A DNA stretch of 63,944 nt, counting the filler, from Olpidium bornovanus S191 (taxonomy: Eukaryota; Fungi; Olpidiomycota), in assembly GCA_017911155.1 (NCBI GenBank). It is 31 parts of 31 records of this genome, joined end to end, with 100 filler letters (N's around TTAATTAATTAA, not from the genome) between each part and the next. Parts side by side here need not be neighbours in the genome. Positions count along the whole stretch, not along the records: positions 10,151 to 14,663 come from JAEFCI010008242.1; positions 14,764 to 17,203 come from JAEFCI010007438.1; positions 17,304 to 18,370 come from JAEFCI010008528.1; positions 18,471 to 22,135 come from JAEFCI010002109.1; positions 22,236 to 23,440 come from JAEFCI010005465.1; positions 23,541 to 24,941 come from JAEFCI010011676.1; 25 more parts are not named here. The stretch is one strand, 5' to 3'. Made by a program: the position numbers and the translations under genes. Shown here piece after piece: positions 12,868-23,628 of this stretch. Each line of letters begins with the position of its first letter. Position 1 is the stretch's first letter. Below the pieces are notes generated by a model. The model saw nothing but the letters and a program-made list of their open reading frames with translations. It ran no database searches and was not told the DNA's origin.

Positions 12868-14647
12868 ATGGCTGCAGCGAGCGGGGCTGCCACTTACACC
12901 GGGGCGGGCGACTTCTTTGAAACCCACGCGGGGGCGCGCGCCGTGAACCCGGCGGGAGGGCAGTTACCTGGATACGCTGCGGTCGGGGTTCGTTTCGGGG
13001 ACGGTCTGGGGACGTTGGCGGGCGCCCCGGCCGGAGCCGCCCTGGATGCGTCGGCGTTTTCTCCTGCCCCGGCGCCGCAGCTCTTCGGCGGCTACGGCGG
13101 GGACCGCGCCGCGGTCCTGCAGGGTGAGAAGAGGGGCGGGGCGGATTCGACAAGCGCGCGCGGGCGAGGGGTGCGGGGTGGGGGGGGAGGGGTGTTTTGC
13201 GTCGGGGGAGTGGTAGGAGCGGCGCGCCGCGCGACGTTTGACACGCGTTACCGGAACGGCGCGATTTTTTTTTTTGTTTTGCTTTTTTGTGTTTCATTAA
13301 GAAATCTTACAACAAAAAATAAACACGTTCCCGCTTCCCAACCCCGTCCCCCTTCCGCCCCTCCCCCCTCCCCCGACCCCACGCAGGGCGCGTGCATGCA
13401 GGGCAGGAGCAGCCGCTCGGAGGAGGATTGGACGGCGGCGACTTGCCGCGCCCCTGGCCGGTCTACGCGGCGCCGGAAGGCCACTCTGTCGCGTTCCCGC
13501 TTTCCTCTGGCCCCGGAGGCGGCGTCCCCCCCGCGCTTTTGGCAGCGTACCAGGAGGCCGGGGCCTTCGTCGCCTCGCCGCTCCTCGCGCGGGTCGCGCC
13601 GCCGGCGCCGGGCGAGCGCTGGCGCGGCGCCGGCCGGGAGCAGAGCAGTCTTGCGGTCCGTTTCGACGTCCCGGCCGCCTGGACCTCGGCGCGCGCGGCA
13701 GCGGGACAGCCCGGCGCCGCGAATCCGGCCGATTCCCTGTGTTTCGCCCTTCCGCCGGCGGGCGGCGCCGGGCGATGTTCGCCGGTCTCGGCCGACGGAG
13801 CCCTGTTCGCGGGCGCCGCCGGCCGGTCTCCGCCCGCGCCGCACGTCCCGCCTCCGGTCGGAGTCCCCGGCGCGGTCGGCTCGCGAGCCGGCGCCGCCTC
13901 GCGCAAAAGGCCGCCCGCCAACGACGAGCTCCGATACCTGGCGGCGCAGAACAGCGCCTGGCTGCTGGCGCCGGAGAACGACGCGCTCGCCGTGCGTAAA
14001 GACCCGCGGGAAACCGCGCCCAGCGCGGCCTTTTTTTTTGCTTTCGTTTTTTCCGCGATCTTCTTTTTTCGAGGTCACGGCTGACCGCTAGTTTGGCCGG
14101 CGCCTGACAGAGGAAGCGGTCGAAGCCCCTCGGCGCGTCCGCGTTTGATCACCCCGCGTACGTCGGACAACCCGGCGCGCACGCGGTTTACGCCGGCGCC
14201 GCACAGCAGGAGCTCCCAGAAAGCCATCTCGGTTGCAGCAAAGGCCAGGTGCGCGAAATTCTATTTTCAACGGCGGTCGTCCTGCGGGCTCGCGCATTAT
14301 TCACGAAGCCCGCCCGTTAACGAACGCGCGACCTCTGCCCCTCCCCCCATCCTTCACCCGAAGTGCTCCTTCGACGCGGCGCGGCTCTCCGGGGGACCGC
14401 TCGAGCACTCCGTCCAAAATCTCCCGCAGCAGCAGCTCCGATCGGGCTGCTTGCCGGCGGGCCGCGATTTCGCTTTCAAGCCGGAATGCGCGGACGACCG
14501 CGAAGCCCTCCCGCGCCGCCAGCGCGCGCGGCATCCCGGCGACATGTACACCCCGTCGTGGGTGCGCTACTCGGGTCAGGCAAAAGAGGGACTCTGCCAC
14601 GCCTGCACCCCCGGGAAGTGGCTCCAGCTGAAAAACAGCGCGTACTG
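12868..14647 (+). CDS. DUF4451/Rua1_C (Meu26-like) zinc-binding domain protein (3' truncated)
   Basis: Exon 12868-13123 splices in phase to an exon starting at 13387. The last exon encodes GDMYTPSWVRYSGQAKEGLCHACTPGKWLQLKNSAYW, followed by donor GTGAGC; this matches the recalled DUF4451 motif. Confidence 0.8.
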
Positions 14648-14763
14648 GTGAGCGCACGCGGCGNNNNNNNNNNNNNNNNNNNNNNNNNNNNNNNNNNNNN
14701 NNNNNNNTTAATTAATTAANNNNNNNNNNNNNNNNNNNNNNNNNNNNNNNNNNNNNNNNNNNN

Positions 14764-15179
14764 ACGCGGTGGTGTCCGGTCCCTTCCCGCGTGGTCGCGG
14801 TTACCACGCGGGGCTCCGAGTGTTCGTGCGGGCAGTATCGTTTTACCCCGGGGGAATGATGGTTGGCGGGGAGCTCCCGCATGTGGCGCTGAGGGGGGAA
14901 ATTGGGGGAGAGCTCTTCGATTGGCGGGCTTCGAGGGGGATTATTCTATTGGTCCGCCCCCCAGGTTCGGGAGCCATCTTGCCCTTGATCCCGACCCCGT
15001 CTCCGCCTCCCGCCCCCTTGCCCACCTCTGCCTCTCGTCCGCCGCCGCCTCTCGTCCGCCGCCGCCTCTCGTCCGCCACCGCCTCTCGTCCGCCCCCACC
15101 TCTTGTCCGCCGCCGCCTTCCGCGGCGTCGGTCAACGGGCGGTTTGAGGGCCGTGCCACAGCACACCGTTATTATGACG
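14764..15179 (-). mobile_element. Partial LTR copy of the chromovirus-associated LTR family (cut by gap)
   Basis: Colinear with 16029-16495. Shared core GCTCTTCGATTGGCGGGCTTCGAGGGGGATTATTCTATTGGTC. The degenerate start CGTCATAAT aligns with TGTGACAAG. Confidence 0.75.
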
Positions 15180-15414
15180 CCGGTATGGGGGGTGACACTT
15201 ACGTTGCAATCTGGGGCTTTGCTTATCTTTTTCTTTCTTTTTCTCTTTTTCTTTCTTTTTTTTCCAAGAGAAATTTCCTCCTATTTAACCCTTTTTCGAA
15301 TTAACCTTTGTCTATCATTATAATAATCCTGCAAACCAAATCTTAGATAATAAATACTGTGCTTTTTAGTTATCAATATAGCAATGTTCGATTAGCCTTT
15401 GTCACAATTTAACC

Positions 15415-15536
15415 TTTGTGCATGTTAACTTTTCTTGAGATCGCTTTAAACTTTCTTGAGATCGCTTTAAACTTTTTTGACATCGGTTTAAACTTTTATT
15501 TTGATGTCACTTTAAATTTTTCTAGCATCACTTTAG
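15415..15536 (-). pseudogene. Decayed 21-bp (heptad) repeat reading frame
   Basis: Units of 21/24/21/21/21 bp translate LK*C*KN, LK*HQNKS, LNRCQKS, LKRSQES, LKRSQEK. The stops sit where other units have CGA or CAA. Confidence 0.5.
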
Positions 15537-15817
15537 CCTTGTCTCTCTATTTGAGCTTTGTCTCTCTATTTTGTTTAGTTATGTGTTTTCGCCACGGGGG
15601 GCGTTGTATTGTACAGGGGATTTTACGCGTTATAAGGACTGAAACATTAAGGGGTTCCGACCAATCGCCGGGGACCCAAACGAGAAGGAAGAAAAGAAAA
15701 GGAGAAATTCCAACACTCCTCTTCGCATAGGGGAAAAAATCAGGGAAAAAATAAAACGGAGATTTACATAGGCGGAAGAAAGGAGAGAAATCAGATTGAT
15801 GTAACGGGAAGTACGCC

Positions 15818-16495
15818 TGTAACACATGAAAAGCAAAAGCGTTGAAGCGAAGGACGTTTTATTGCGTGTTCGGGATTGTTGTACTTCAGCTTTCGAAGCT
15901 TTCGGAAGTACAAGAGAATTTTTGCTTTAAAATCGAACTACGGGGCTGAAGAAACGCTATTTATGCCCTTCGGCGTCGAGCGGAGGGCAGGTCAACGGCC
16001 AGTTCGTTCTTCGACGTCGCGTCTGTCGACGCGGTGCGTCTGGTCCCTTCCCACGCGGTCGCGGTTACCACGCGGGGCTCCGCGCTTTCGTGCGGTGGCG
16101 TGTGGGCGATATCGTTTACTCAGGGGGAGAACGATGGTTGGCGGGGGGCTCCCGCGTGTGGCGCTGGGGGGGGAAGGGGAGAGAGCTCTTCGATTGGCGG
16201 GCTTCGAGGGGGATTATTCTATTGGTCGGTCCCCGGGTTTGGGGGCCGTCTTGCCCTCAATTCTGCTTCTGTCTCCGCCTCCTTGCCCGCCTCTCGCCCC
16301 TTCGTCTGCCTCCGCTTGTCGACCGCTGCCACCTGTCAACCGCTGCCGCCTCTGTCGACCGCTGCCGCCTCTGTCGACCTCGGCCGCCTTCAACGGGCGG
16401 TTCGAAGGCCGTTTCACGGCACCGCGCGGTTCGAAGGCCGTGCCACAGCGCCGCGCGGTTCGAAGGCCGTGCCACAGCACAGCGTGCTTGTCACA
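15818..16495 (-). mobile_element. 3' LTR (about 678 bp) of a chromovirus-type Ty3/gypsy element
   Basis: On the minus strand it starts TGTGACA immediately after PPT AAAGTAGGGGGAG (16508-16496) and ends TGTTACA (15818). It contains two CCAAT boxes (16221-25, 16193-97), TATA-like CATAAATAG (15957-65) and AATAAA (15858-63) in U3-R-U5 order. Confidence 0.75.
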
Positions 16496-16954
16496 CTCCC
16501 CCTACTTTTGCGCGCTGGGGAGAGACCGCAGCAAAAGTCTACGTCAAAATGTCGTCGACTAGGGGCGGGCACGCGCCCGACCGAGTCACGGCTTGTGTCC
16601 AGGTGGTCGTGGTCGGTCCTGTCGTCCCCAGTCTGAGACTCATCGAGGCACTCCAACGCCTTCCACTGCCGGGAGTCCGAGTTTGCCGCTCCCACCTGAG
16701 TCGCTCACGACCGCCGGGTGAGCCAAGAGGAAGGCGCACATGCTTCGGGGAGCCACACCGTGGCCCCGCATGTCTGTTTAGCAGCCTTGTGATGCGGTGT
16801 CGCCTTTCTTCCCCATGGAAGCTTGGAGTCCTGAATCGTTCCCTTGGGTTCTTGATGGGGGCCCGTGTCCAAACGGATGCCGACGTAGCCGATAACATCA
16901 GCATCAGGGCAACGTCGTTCTGAATATCTAAAACGATCTACAAGCTATCAATGT

Positions 16955-17203
16955 CTATCTAGGTGTCGCTCGGCGGAAGGCGGCAAGTACGTTCTGGGCG
17001 CCGGCCAAATGTTTTTCTGGCTCCCAAGTGGCTCCGGCGCAGTCATATCCCTTCCAGAGAATGAGGTATTGCCGCTTGCCCCTGCGTCTTCACTCCGCCA
17101 GAATCTCTTCGACTTCGAACTCGTCGGCGCCCTGCGCCGGACCAGGTTGATCCACCTTTCTGTCCGCTGTCGGTTGCGAGTATTTTCGTAACGCGGACAC
17201 ATG
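16955..17203 (-). pseudogene. Chromovirus integrase C-terminus with chromodomain, one in-frame stop
   Basis: HVSALRKY...DEFEVEEILAE*RRRGKRQYLILWKGYDCAGATWEPEKHLAGAQNVLAAF: tail of the GPY/F region plus canonical chromodomain residues. Confidence 0.9.
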
Positions 17204-17303
17204 NNNNNNNNNNNNNNNNNNNNNNNNNNNNNNNNNNNNNNNNNNNNTTAATTAATTAANNNNNNNNNNNNNNNNNNNNNNNNNNNNNNNNNNNNNNNNN
17301 NNN

Positions 17304-18200
17304 CATGGAATCGATCCGGAGGCAGCGGTTCGATCCGCACCGAGCACTCCTAGATCCCAACACCGACTTTAGAATGATTAGGCGTAAGATATCCGAGGAG
17401 GCCGCTCGAAAGGTGCGCTTTTCGCCCCAATTTGCACCTTGTTATGCCCATTCTGCGGCGGCTTTTCGTCTCGGCGCTCTCGAATTCTTATTCCCAACAC
17501 GTAAATCTGCAACCTCGGTTGCGCCCGGCTTCGGAATAACCGTAAAATTGGCCGGCGCTCGTAGACCCTAAATGTCCAGCGGAACGCAAAGCTGTATGGG
17601 AGTCTGCTTAAGCTGGCAACCGACGGCGGTAACGACCATTACCGTTTTAGGACGGAGGAATCTGTGGAAGGGAAAGCTGCACCGAGCGTTGCGGCGAAGA
17701 CGAAAGGCGTGGCGGCGCCACCCAGGGTATTCACTGCCCGCGCCAAGAAGAGCACCAGCTCTTCTTACCTGAAGACGTTAGAGGCGAAGCCAAACATCGA
17801 CGATTTGTGAGTAATTTCCATTTCGTTTGCGTTCGAAGCCCTTCACCCGTGACGAAAGCTGCTTTTTTTTTGCCGTCCGTAGACCGCCGCTTGGGAAAAA
17901 GAGGTTTTACGCTCTTCACACTGATTTCATCTTTTGCGGAACTCGTTTCTTTCCGCGCGATAATCAGCCGGCCGGCGAACTTGGAAGTCGATGTCATCTC
18001 CATCCCGTTCCCGCACAGTTCCCGGGAACCGGCATCCGACTCGCACGGACGAGCGCCGGCGTCGGGGATGCGGCCGCTGCTGTCAATGTCGTCGCTGGAG
18101 ATCAACCTGGAAGACAATCGGTGGATTGCGTACTGCAGGCGGCCGCTGAGCGTCGACGAGTTTTTCCCGCGACCGCGCCGGCCCCCTGCTGCTTCGAGGG
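17304..18200 (+). CDS. Hypothetical multi-exon protein fragment
   Basis: Protein-like exons bounded by GT/AG: MESIRRQRFDPHRALLDPNTDFRMIRRKISEEAARK; RNAKLYGSLLKLATDGG...LKTLEAKPNIDD; RPANLEVDVISIPF. No family recognised. Confidence 0.35.
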
Positions 18201-18848
18201 CGGGCGAGGTGGGGGGGAGGAGGGGCCCTGATCCCGTAGGAGGTTAAAAAAAAAACGTGTCAAAGCTTTTTTTTAAAAGGCGGAAACGGGAAATCGAGAG
18301 ATTTTGCTGAGCGGGCCATCGCGAAACTGAAAGAATTTCCTGGTTACCGAGAGCCGGGGTGGAACATGGGNNNNNNNNNNNNNNNNNNNNNNNNNNNNNN
18401 NNNNNNNNNNNNNNTTAATTAATTAANNNNNNNNNNNNNNNNNNNNNNNNNNNNNNNNNNNNNNNNNNNNGAAGATGGCGCAGCGGCAGAAAGCGGCGGC
18501 TGCGATGAGCGGTGACGGCTGAGATGCGGCGGCGGCGGCAAAAAAAAAAAAAGCGGCGGCGGCGGCGAAAAGGCGGCGGAAAAGCGCAGCGGCGGCGGCG
18601 GCTGCGGCGAAAAGCGGCGGCGGCGAAAAGCGGAAAGCGGCGGCGGCGGCTGCGGCCGCGAAGCGGCGGCTGCGAAGCGCAGCGGCGGCGACGAGCGGCG
18701 GCGGCTGCGGAAGCGCCGACGCGTTAACAACGGGAGGGGAAGGGGCGTCCCGTTGGGCTTATAACCTGTTCGTTTTCTTTTGTGGTTTTCGTCGCCGTTG
18801 AGGCGGACGCGTTTATTGAGAAAAAAGAAGGAAAAGTACGCTACATAT

Positions 18849-20068
18849 ACAAACATTCAGGGGTTCCGACTCCGGTACGCGTAACCCCACCCGGTAAATC
18901 CCAGCACTATTGGCCTCCCGACGCACAACCCATTTCTTCTCCAAACTTCCGCATACTTTCTGTGCTGCCCCCCCCCCTGCCGCCTCCTTCAACCCGAACC
19001 CCCGCCCCCCCTTCGCCCCGCTCGCCCCCCGAACTCCCCCAAACATCCCTAAATTCTAAACTCCTGGCAAAACAATCCAAAAATCCTACAAACATTCAGG
19101 GGTTCTGACCTGAACTCTGATTCCAGCACAAACATTCAGGGGTTTCGCTCTGGACTCTGATTTGTTTTCTGCCAGCACAAACATTCAGGGTACAGAAAGC
19201 AGATCTGAGAAAATTTTTTGGATAATGTTAAGGAAGTGGAAAAAATATAACTGACATAACTTTCATAAAATTTGAAGGAGACGATCAGCATTAAATTTTA
19301 AACTCCTGGCAAAAACACCAAAAATTCTACAAACACTCAAGGGTTCTGACCTGGACTCTGATTTGCTTTTCGCCAGCACAAACATTCAGGGAGTTCAGGC
19401 TAGGACTCTGTGATTTACTTTTTAACAACACATACATTCAGGGGCTCCGACCCGGATTCTGATTCGGTTTTCGCCAAAACAAACATTCAGGGGTTCCAAC
19501 CTGGATGGTGTGATTCCCGAACCGTTAGGTTAGGGTCTACAGGGATTTCTCTCGTTTTTGGCGTCAGCTCAACCGTCGGGCCACGTGACCGTAAGCGTCA
19601 AACCACGTGACCGTAACCATCATGCCACATGACCGTAACTGTTGTTCAGTGTAAAAGTAGCGTTCCGGTCTGCGCTGTCAAGTGCCCAGCCTGTTTCGTC
19701 CCTCCTCTCCTTTTAGCTCGTCTTTTCCGGCTCACCGAAACCCAAAAAAACGGAAAGAGAAATAGGGTCGAAAGGGAAAAAGGCCCCCCTCCGCGCAGCA
19801 CACCACACCGTCATGCCCATGTGACCGTAAGTGTCAGGCCACGTGACCGTAACTGTCATGCCACATGACTGTAACCGTCACGCCCCCTGACTGTAACCGC
19901 CCGACAACCACACAAAAACATAAAACCACTGTGCTAGACACATCTCTTCGGCCAAACCTTGCACTTTTTTTCTCCATTGCAGCGGTTCAGGTCCGCCACG
20001 AAGTTGGCTTACTCCTTCATTTACTTTCCAACAACAAAACTTTCAGGGGTTCTGACCTGGGCTCTGAT
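18849..20068 (+). repeat. Degenerate ~49-bp minisatellite with core ACAAACATTCAGGGG (9 copies)
   Basis: Cores at about 18849, 19088, 19128, 19177, 19329, 19378, 19430, 19479 and 20033. A higher-order duplication AAACTCCTGGCAAAA...TACAAACA occurs at about 19058 and 19299. Confidence 0.9.
19516..20014 (+). mobile_element. Non-autonomous Helentron-like (HINE/DINE-type) element, long copy
   Basis: 5' CCCGAACCG-TTAGGTTAGGGTCTACAGG; central 21-bp repeats (CCACGTGACCGTAA core); 3' subterminal inverted repeat CGGTTCAGG (19983-91); hairpin GCCA-CGAAGT-TGGC; TTACTC. It interrupts the minisatellite after ATT. Confidence 0.6.
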
Positions 20069-21000
20069 TCGCGACGAGCTGGGTGGAAGAAAACACGGGG
20101 AAAGCTGAGCTATATAGGGCTATGGTCTAAAATCAAAATAGGTAAAACGAGGATCAAGCCAGCCAATGCTAAAACCAAACCCCGCACGGTTATCAACATC
20201 GGCACGCGACTATTGATGTCGATCTTACTGCAGCCCGTCGTGCGTCGAGATGTTTCTTCGACAGAGTTTGCTTCGGCGATGTGGGTTTCCAAGGACATTT
20301 TCTTTTGGCCGGTGGAGGTTATTTCGACCACTTCGGTTTCCAACTAAATATCGTAGCTTTACTTCTTTCTCAACCCTTTCATCCTGTGACTCTGCTAATT
20401 TAATTATTTCTTGACAACAAATGCATACTCTGTCTTCTGATTAAGCGTGTTAGATTTCTTCTCTCTGATAAAGCCTATCATCATAATAACCTATCTGGAA
20501 AAAGCATAACTCACCATCCGCCCGTTTTCTATTAATTGCACAAAAATACTGATAATCCTCCTTTTAAAAAATGATTTCATACATGTATTCTCTCATTTGC
20601 TATATCATGAACATCCTCTCCCGTCCGTAAAACCACAGAATATTGCATATACAATGAAAAGTCATTGCAAAATTTTGCAAAGCAGTTTGGTTCAGTTCAT
20701 GTCCCACATTTCCGAGCAACCTTTACGTATTCTCCGTGTCCGCCGCATACACCATCCTTTGGAGAGAAGCTGCAGGTTTACAAGTGGGGGGCATTATCCA
20801 TCATAGCATACTGAAGGTACTCGGGGACAGCCCTGCTCCCATTCTCCAAAAAAAATGGACCTTCAATAATAGACTTCTTTTCAAATTTGCGTCCACCTAG
20901 TTTTGAACTGGGAGCCGCAGCAATAGAAATGCTCTATGCCATCACTACCAGTTGGCTGGTTTTTTAGCTGCGCTTTTTTAATTATATAGTGCGCTCTGAG

Positions 21001-21110
21001 TGTAGTGATTCGGCCTCGACGGGCACGTGACCTGTACTATATAGCCGTCGGGCCCCCGGGCACGCCGATTAGACTCCGACCGTCCTTCCTCCTTCAAACA
21101 CATCACTACA
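21001..21110 (+). mobile_element. 110-bp 5' LTR of an LTR retrotransposon
   Basis: Starts TGTAGTGAT and ends ATCACTACA (perfect 9-bp inverted termini). Internal TATATA. Followed after 3 nt by TGGGGAATCCG (PBS-like), a GC-rich leader and an ORF. Confidence 0.7.
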
Positions 21111-21666
21111 AAGTGGGGAATCCGAGGAAGAACCATCCCCCTTCGACCAGCTCCCTTTCGACCAGCTCTTTCGCTTCGCTCCCCGCCGCACCTGCGCCGT
21201 CCCCGCTGCGCTCGTGCTCGGCTTCCGCTGCGCTTCGCCTCCGCCGCGCCCGCGCTTCACTCCGCCGCGCCCGCGCTTCGGCGCCTGCGCTTCGCCTCCG
21301 CCGCGCCCGCGCCTGGGCGCCTGCATTTCGCCTCCGCCGCGCCCGCGCTCGGCTTCCGCCGCGCCACCTTCCGCCGCAGCACTCGTTTTTCGCGCTTGCG
21401 TTCGTTTGTTTTTGTTTTCGTCGCCGAAACGACGCCCGTTTTTGCTTCGAAACGCCGCTTTTCCATCGTTTTCGTCTGCTCGGCCCTTCGCCGCGACCGC
21501 ACTCCACTCCCCGCCGCGCCTGCGCTCCGTCGCCGCTGCGCCCGCGCTCGGCCCGCCGCCGCGTTTGTTTTTTTGAGTTCGCGTTTGTTTTTTAACTTAT
21601 TTTTGCTCACTGCGCTTTCGTCCTCGTTTGCCCCATTGTTTTTGCCGTCAACGACAGCCGTTGACG

Positions 21667-22135
21667 ATGCCCTCCCCGTGTCGTCGACGCCGCAAAGGCG
21701 CGACGCCGCTGCCGCTGTCGCCCCACATAACGGCAACCCGCACCGCTCTCCCGCCGCCGTCAAACCCTTCGAACTCCGCAGTTCGTTCGGCCGCGTCGTC
21801 CCCCACGCCCGTTGCCGCGTCGTCCTCCGCGCCCGTTGACCCCGCCGCCGTCCCCATCCCGCCGTCGCTGTCCTTCGACGCCCGGATGGATCTACCGCCG
21901 CTTCGCGTCCCCATGTTCATTCCCGAACAGGCACCCGACGCCACGCCCGCTGCCCCGCCCGCCGCTGCGCCCGCCGCTTCGTCCACCCGTGTCGGACTCG
22001 ACAATACCGCAAATGCTCCTGACGCCGTCCTTCGTCAGCAGAAGCTTGCTGGACTCGCTGAGTGGCGCGCTTCGATCGTTGCCCGCGTTGGTGCCGTTAC
22101 TGCGGCTGCGCTTTTAACCGACGTTGACGCCGCTC
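21667..22135 (+). CDS. Probable gag N-terminus of the element with the 110-bp LTR (truncated by gap)
   Basis: Intronless Ala/Pro-rich ORF downstream of LTR and PBS, ending LRQQKLAGLAEWRASIVARVG. The gag assignment rests on position only. Confidence 0.45.
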
Positions 22136-22516
22136 NNNNNNNNNNNNNNNNNNNNNNNNNNNNNNNNNNNNNNNNNNNNTTAATTAATTAANNNNNNNNN
22201 NNNNNNNNNNNNNNNNNNNNNNNNNNNNNNNNNNNAGGTCGGAAAATTCTTTTGGGATAAAATTTACAGAGCACAGATGAGAGAATGACAATTTGCCTCA
22301 ACAGCGCCAAGGTCACCCCTGATACTAACCCTGAAAAATCATTCCGGACCTTTTCGCCGGTATGCCCTGCTCTACCCTAGGAATTTGTATGGGGGACAGC
22401 GGGAGCGTGTGGCCGTTGGCCGGGCCTCGCCGGGCTCTCCGCCCGGAGCTCTCCTGGAAGGAGAGACGGAAGGAAGGATGTGTTGTGGTGCGAGGCGGAA
22501 GAGCGTTGTGTTTATT

Positions 22517-22637
22517 CCCGAACCGTTAGGTTAGGGTCTACAGGAATTTTTTTTTTTTTCGCTTTCGCCGTCACGCCACGTGACCGTAACCACCCCCGTA
22601 CACAGCGGTTCGGGTCCGCCGCGAAGTCGGCTTACTC
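22517..22637 (+). mobile_element. Non-autonomous Helentron-like element, short copy (121 bp)
   Basis: Same 5' 28-mer as 19516; one CCACGTGACCGTAA unit; perfect subterminal inverted repeat CGGTTCGGG (22606-14); hairpin GCCG-CGAAGT-CGGC; TTACTC. Preceded by ATT. Confidence 0.6.
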
Positions 22638-22949
22638 GTTTACGCGCTTGGGCCCCTATCGATCTGGGAGCCCTAATCGACGGTTATGGCTAATTAATAG
22701 TTATGGGCCACGTGCCATAGAAGACGCCCTCTACAGATGGAAGAAAAGAAGGAAGGAAGGAAAGAAAGAAAAAAGGAAACCGGAAAGGGGAGGGGGGTGG
22801 ATTGCGCGATGCATGGTGGCCGAAGGTGGCGTTGTGCCGGGTTTGCCCGGCTTTACCCTTGGAATTAGCATGGGGGACAGTTGGGGTGCTTGGCGGCTGA
22901 CCGGGCCCAGCCCAGGAGGGAAATATTATGTTGTCTAGGGCCAATAAGA

Positions 22950-23160
22950 CAACGTCAACAAGTATAGCGGATGGCTCCATAAACCATACATAACGAGTGA
23001 ACCAACCGTTTAAATGGACAAACTCGTTGATGTCGTGACAGGTGTAACGGACTTCGGCACAGGCATGAATGCAGGGGAACACTTCTTGTTGAAATGCTCC
23101 ACAGGAGCAGGTAAGCTTTGCGAGGTTGACCAAGCGCGAAGATCTGACATAACAGGCCAC
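22950..23160 (-). pseudogene. MULE (Mutator-like) transposase SWIM zinc-finger remnant
   Basis: LVNLAKLTCSCGAFQQEVFPCIHACA..INEFVH fits the CxC-x(n)-CxH SWIM motif of MuDR-type transposases. Upstream frames are disrupted. Confidence 0.8.
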
Positions 23161-23556
23161 TGTAACAAGAGTTTTTTTTACTGTCGTACGCCGCAAGCAT
23201 TATCTACTGGCGATGATCGGGATAGAACTAAGTTTAGCTTGAAATTTACGACTTGGAGGTGTTGTGGGCAAGTGGTGTGTCTGGTCGAGGGTTTCTTGTG
23301 TTAATGCCAGGATTACCGTGATACTTTTCGTGAAAATGAAACATAGTTTAAGGGGTGGGTTCAGCTTGAAGACGGGGTAAGCCTCTTACGGTTTGATTTC
23401 GATTTTTATTGGTCAATTTTCAAGGTTCCTTTTTGGCATGNNNNNNNNNNNNNNNNNNNNNNNNNNNNNNNNNNNNNNNNNNNNTTAATTAATTAANNNN
23501 NNNNNNNNNNNNNNNNNNNNNNNNNNNNNNNNNNNNNNNNAAAAAAAAAAAGGGAA

Positions 23557-23594
<38 letters not shown>

Positions 23595-23628
23595 ACTCCT
23601 TCCTCCTCCATCCGTCGCTCGCCCCCGT

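Noticed and set aside
18849-19500. CRISPR-like array (15-bp cores with ~35-bp intervals)
   Set aside because: The intervals are homologous to each other, there are no cas genes and the context is eukaryotic; it is a minisatellite.
19525-19535. TTAGGTTAGGG (also 22526) and TAACCCTAGCCCTAAC (about 45054) as telomeres
   Set aside because: Only 1-3 units and internal to contigs; the first two belong to the HINE-like element.
19580-19880. GTCACGTG clusters as budding-yeast-type point-centromere CDEI
   Set aside because: No adjacent long AT-rich CDEII or CDEIII; they are the central repeats of a mobile element.
20230-20960. Decayed ORF on the minus strand with IIEGPFFLENG and DNAPH (Tc1/mariner-like words)
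   Set aside because: Six stops in about 210 codons is only modestly fewer than chance for AT-rich DNA, and the motif spacing does not fit a DDE/D domain.
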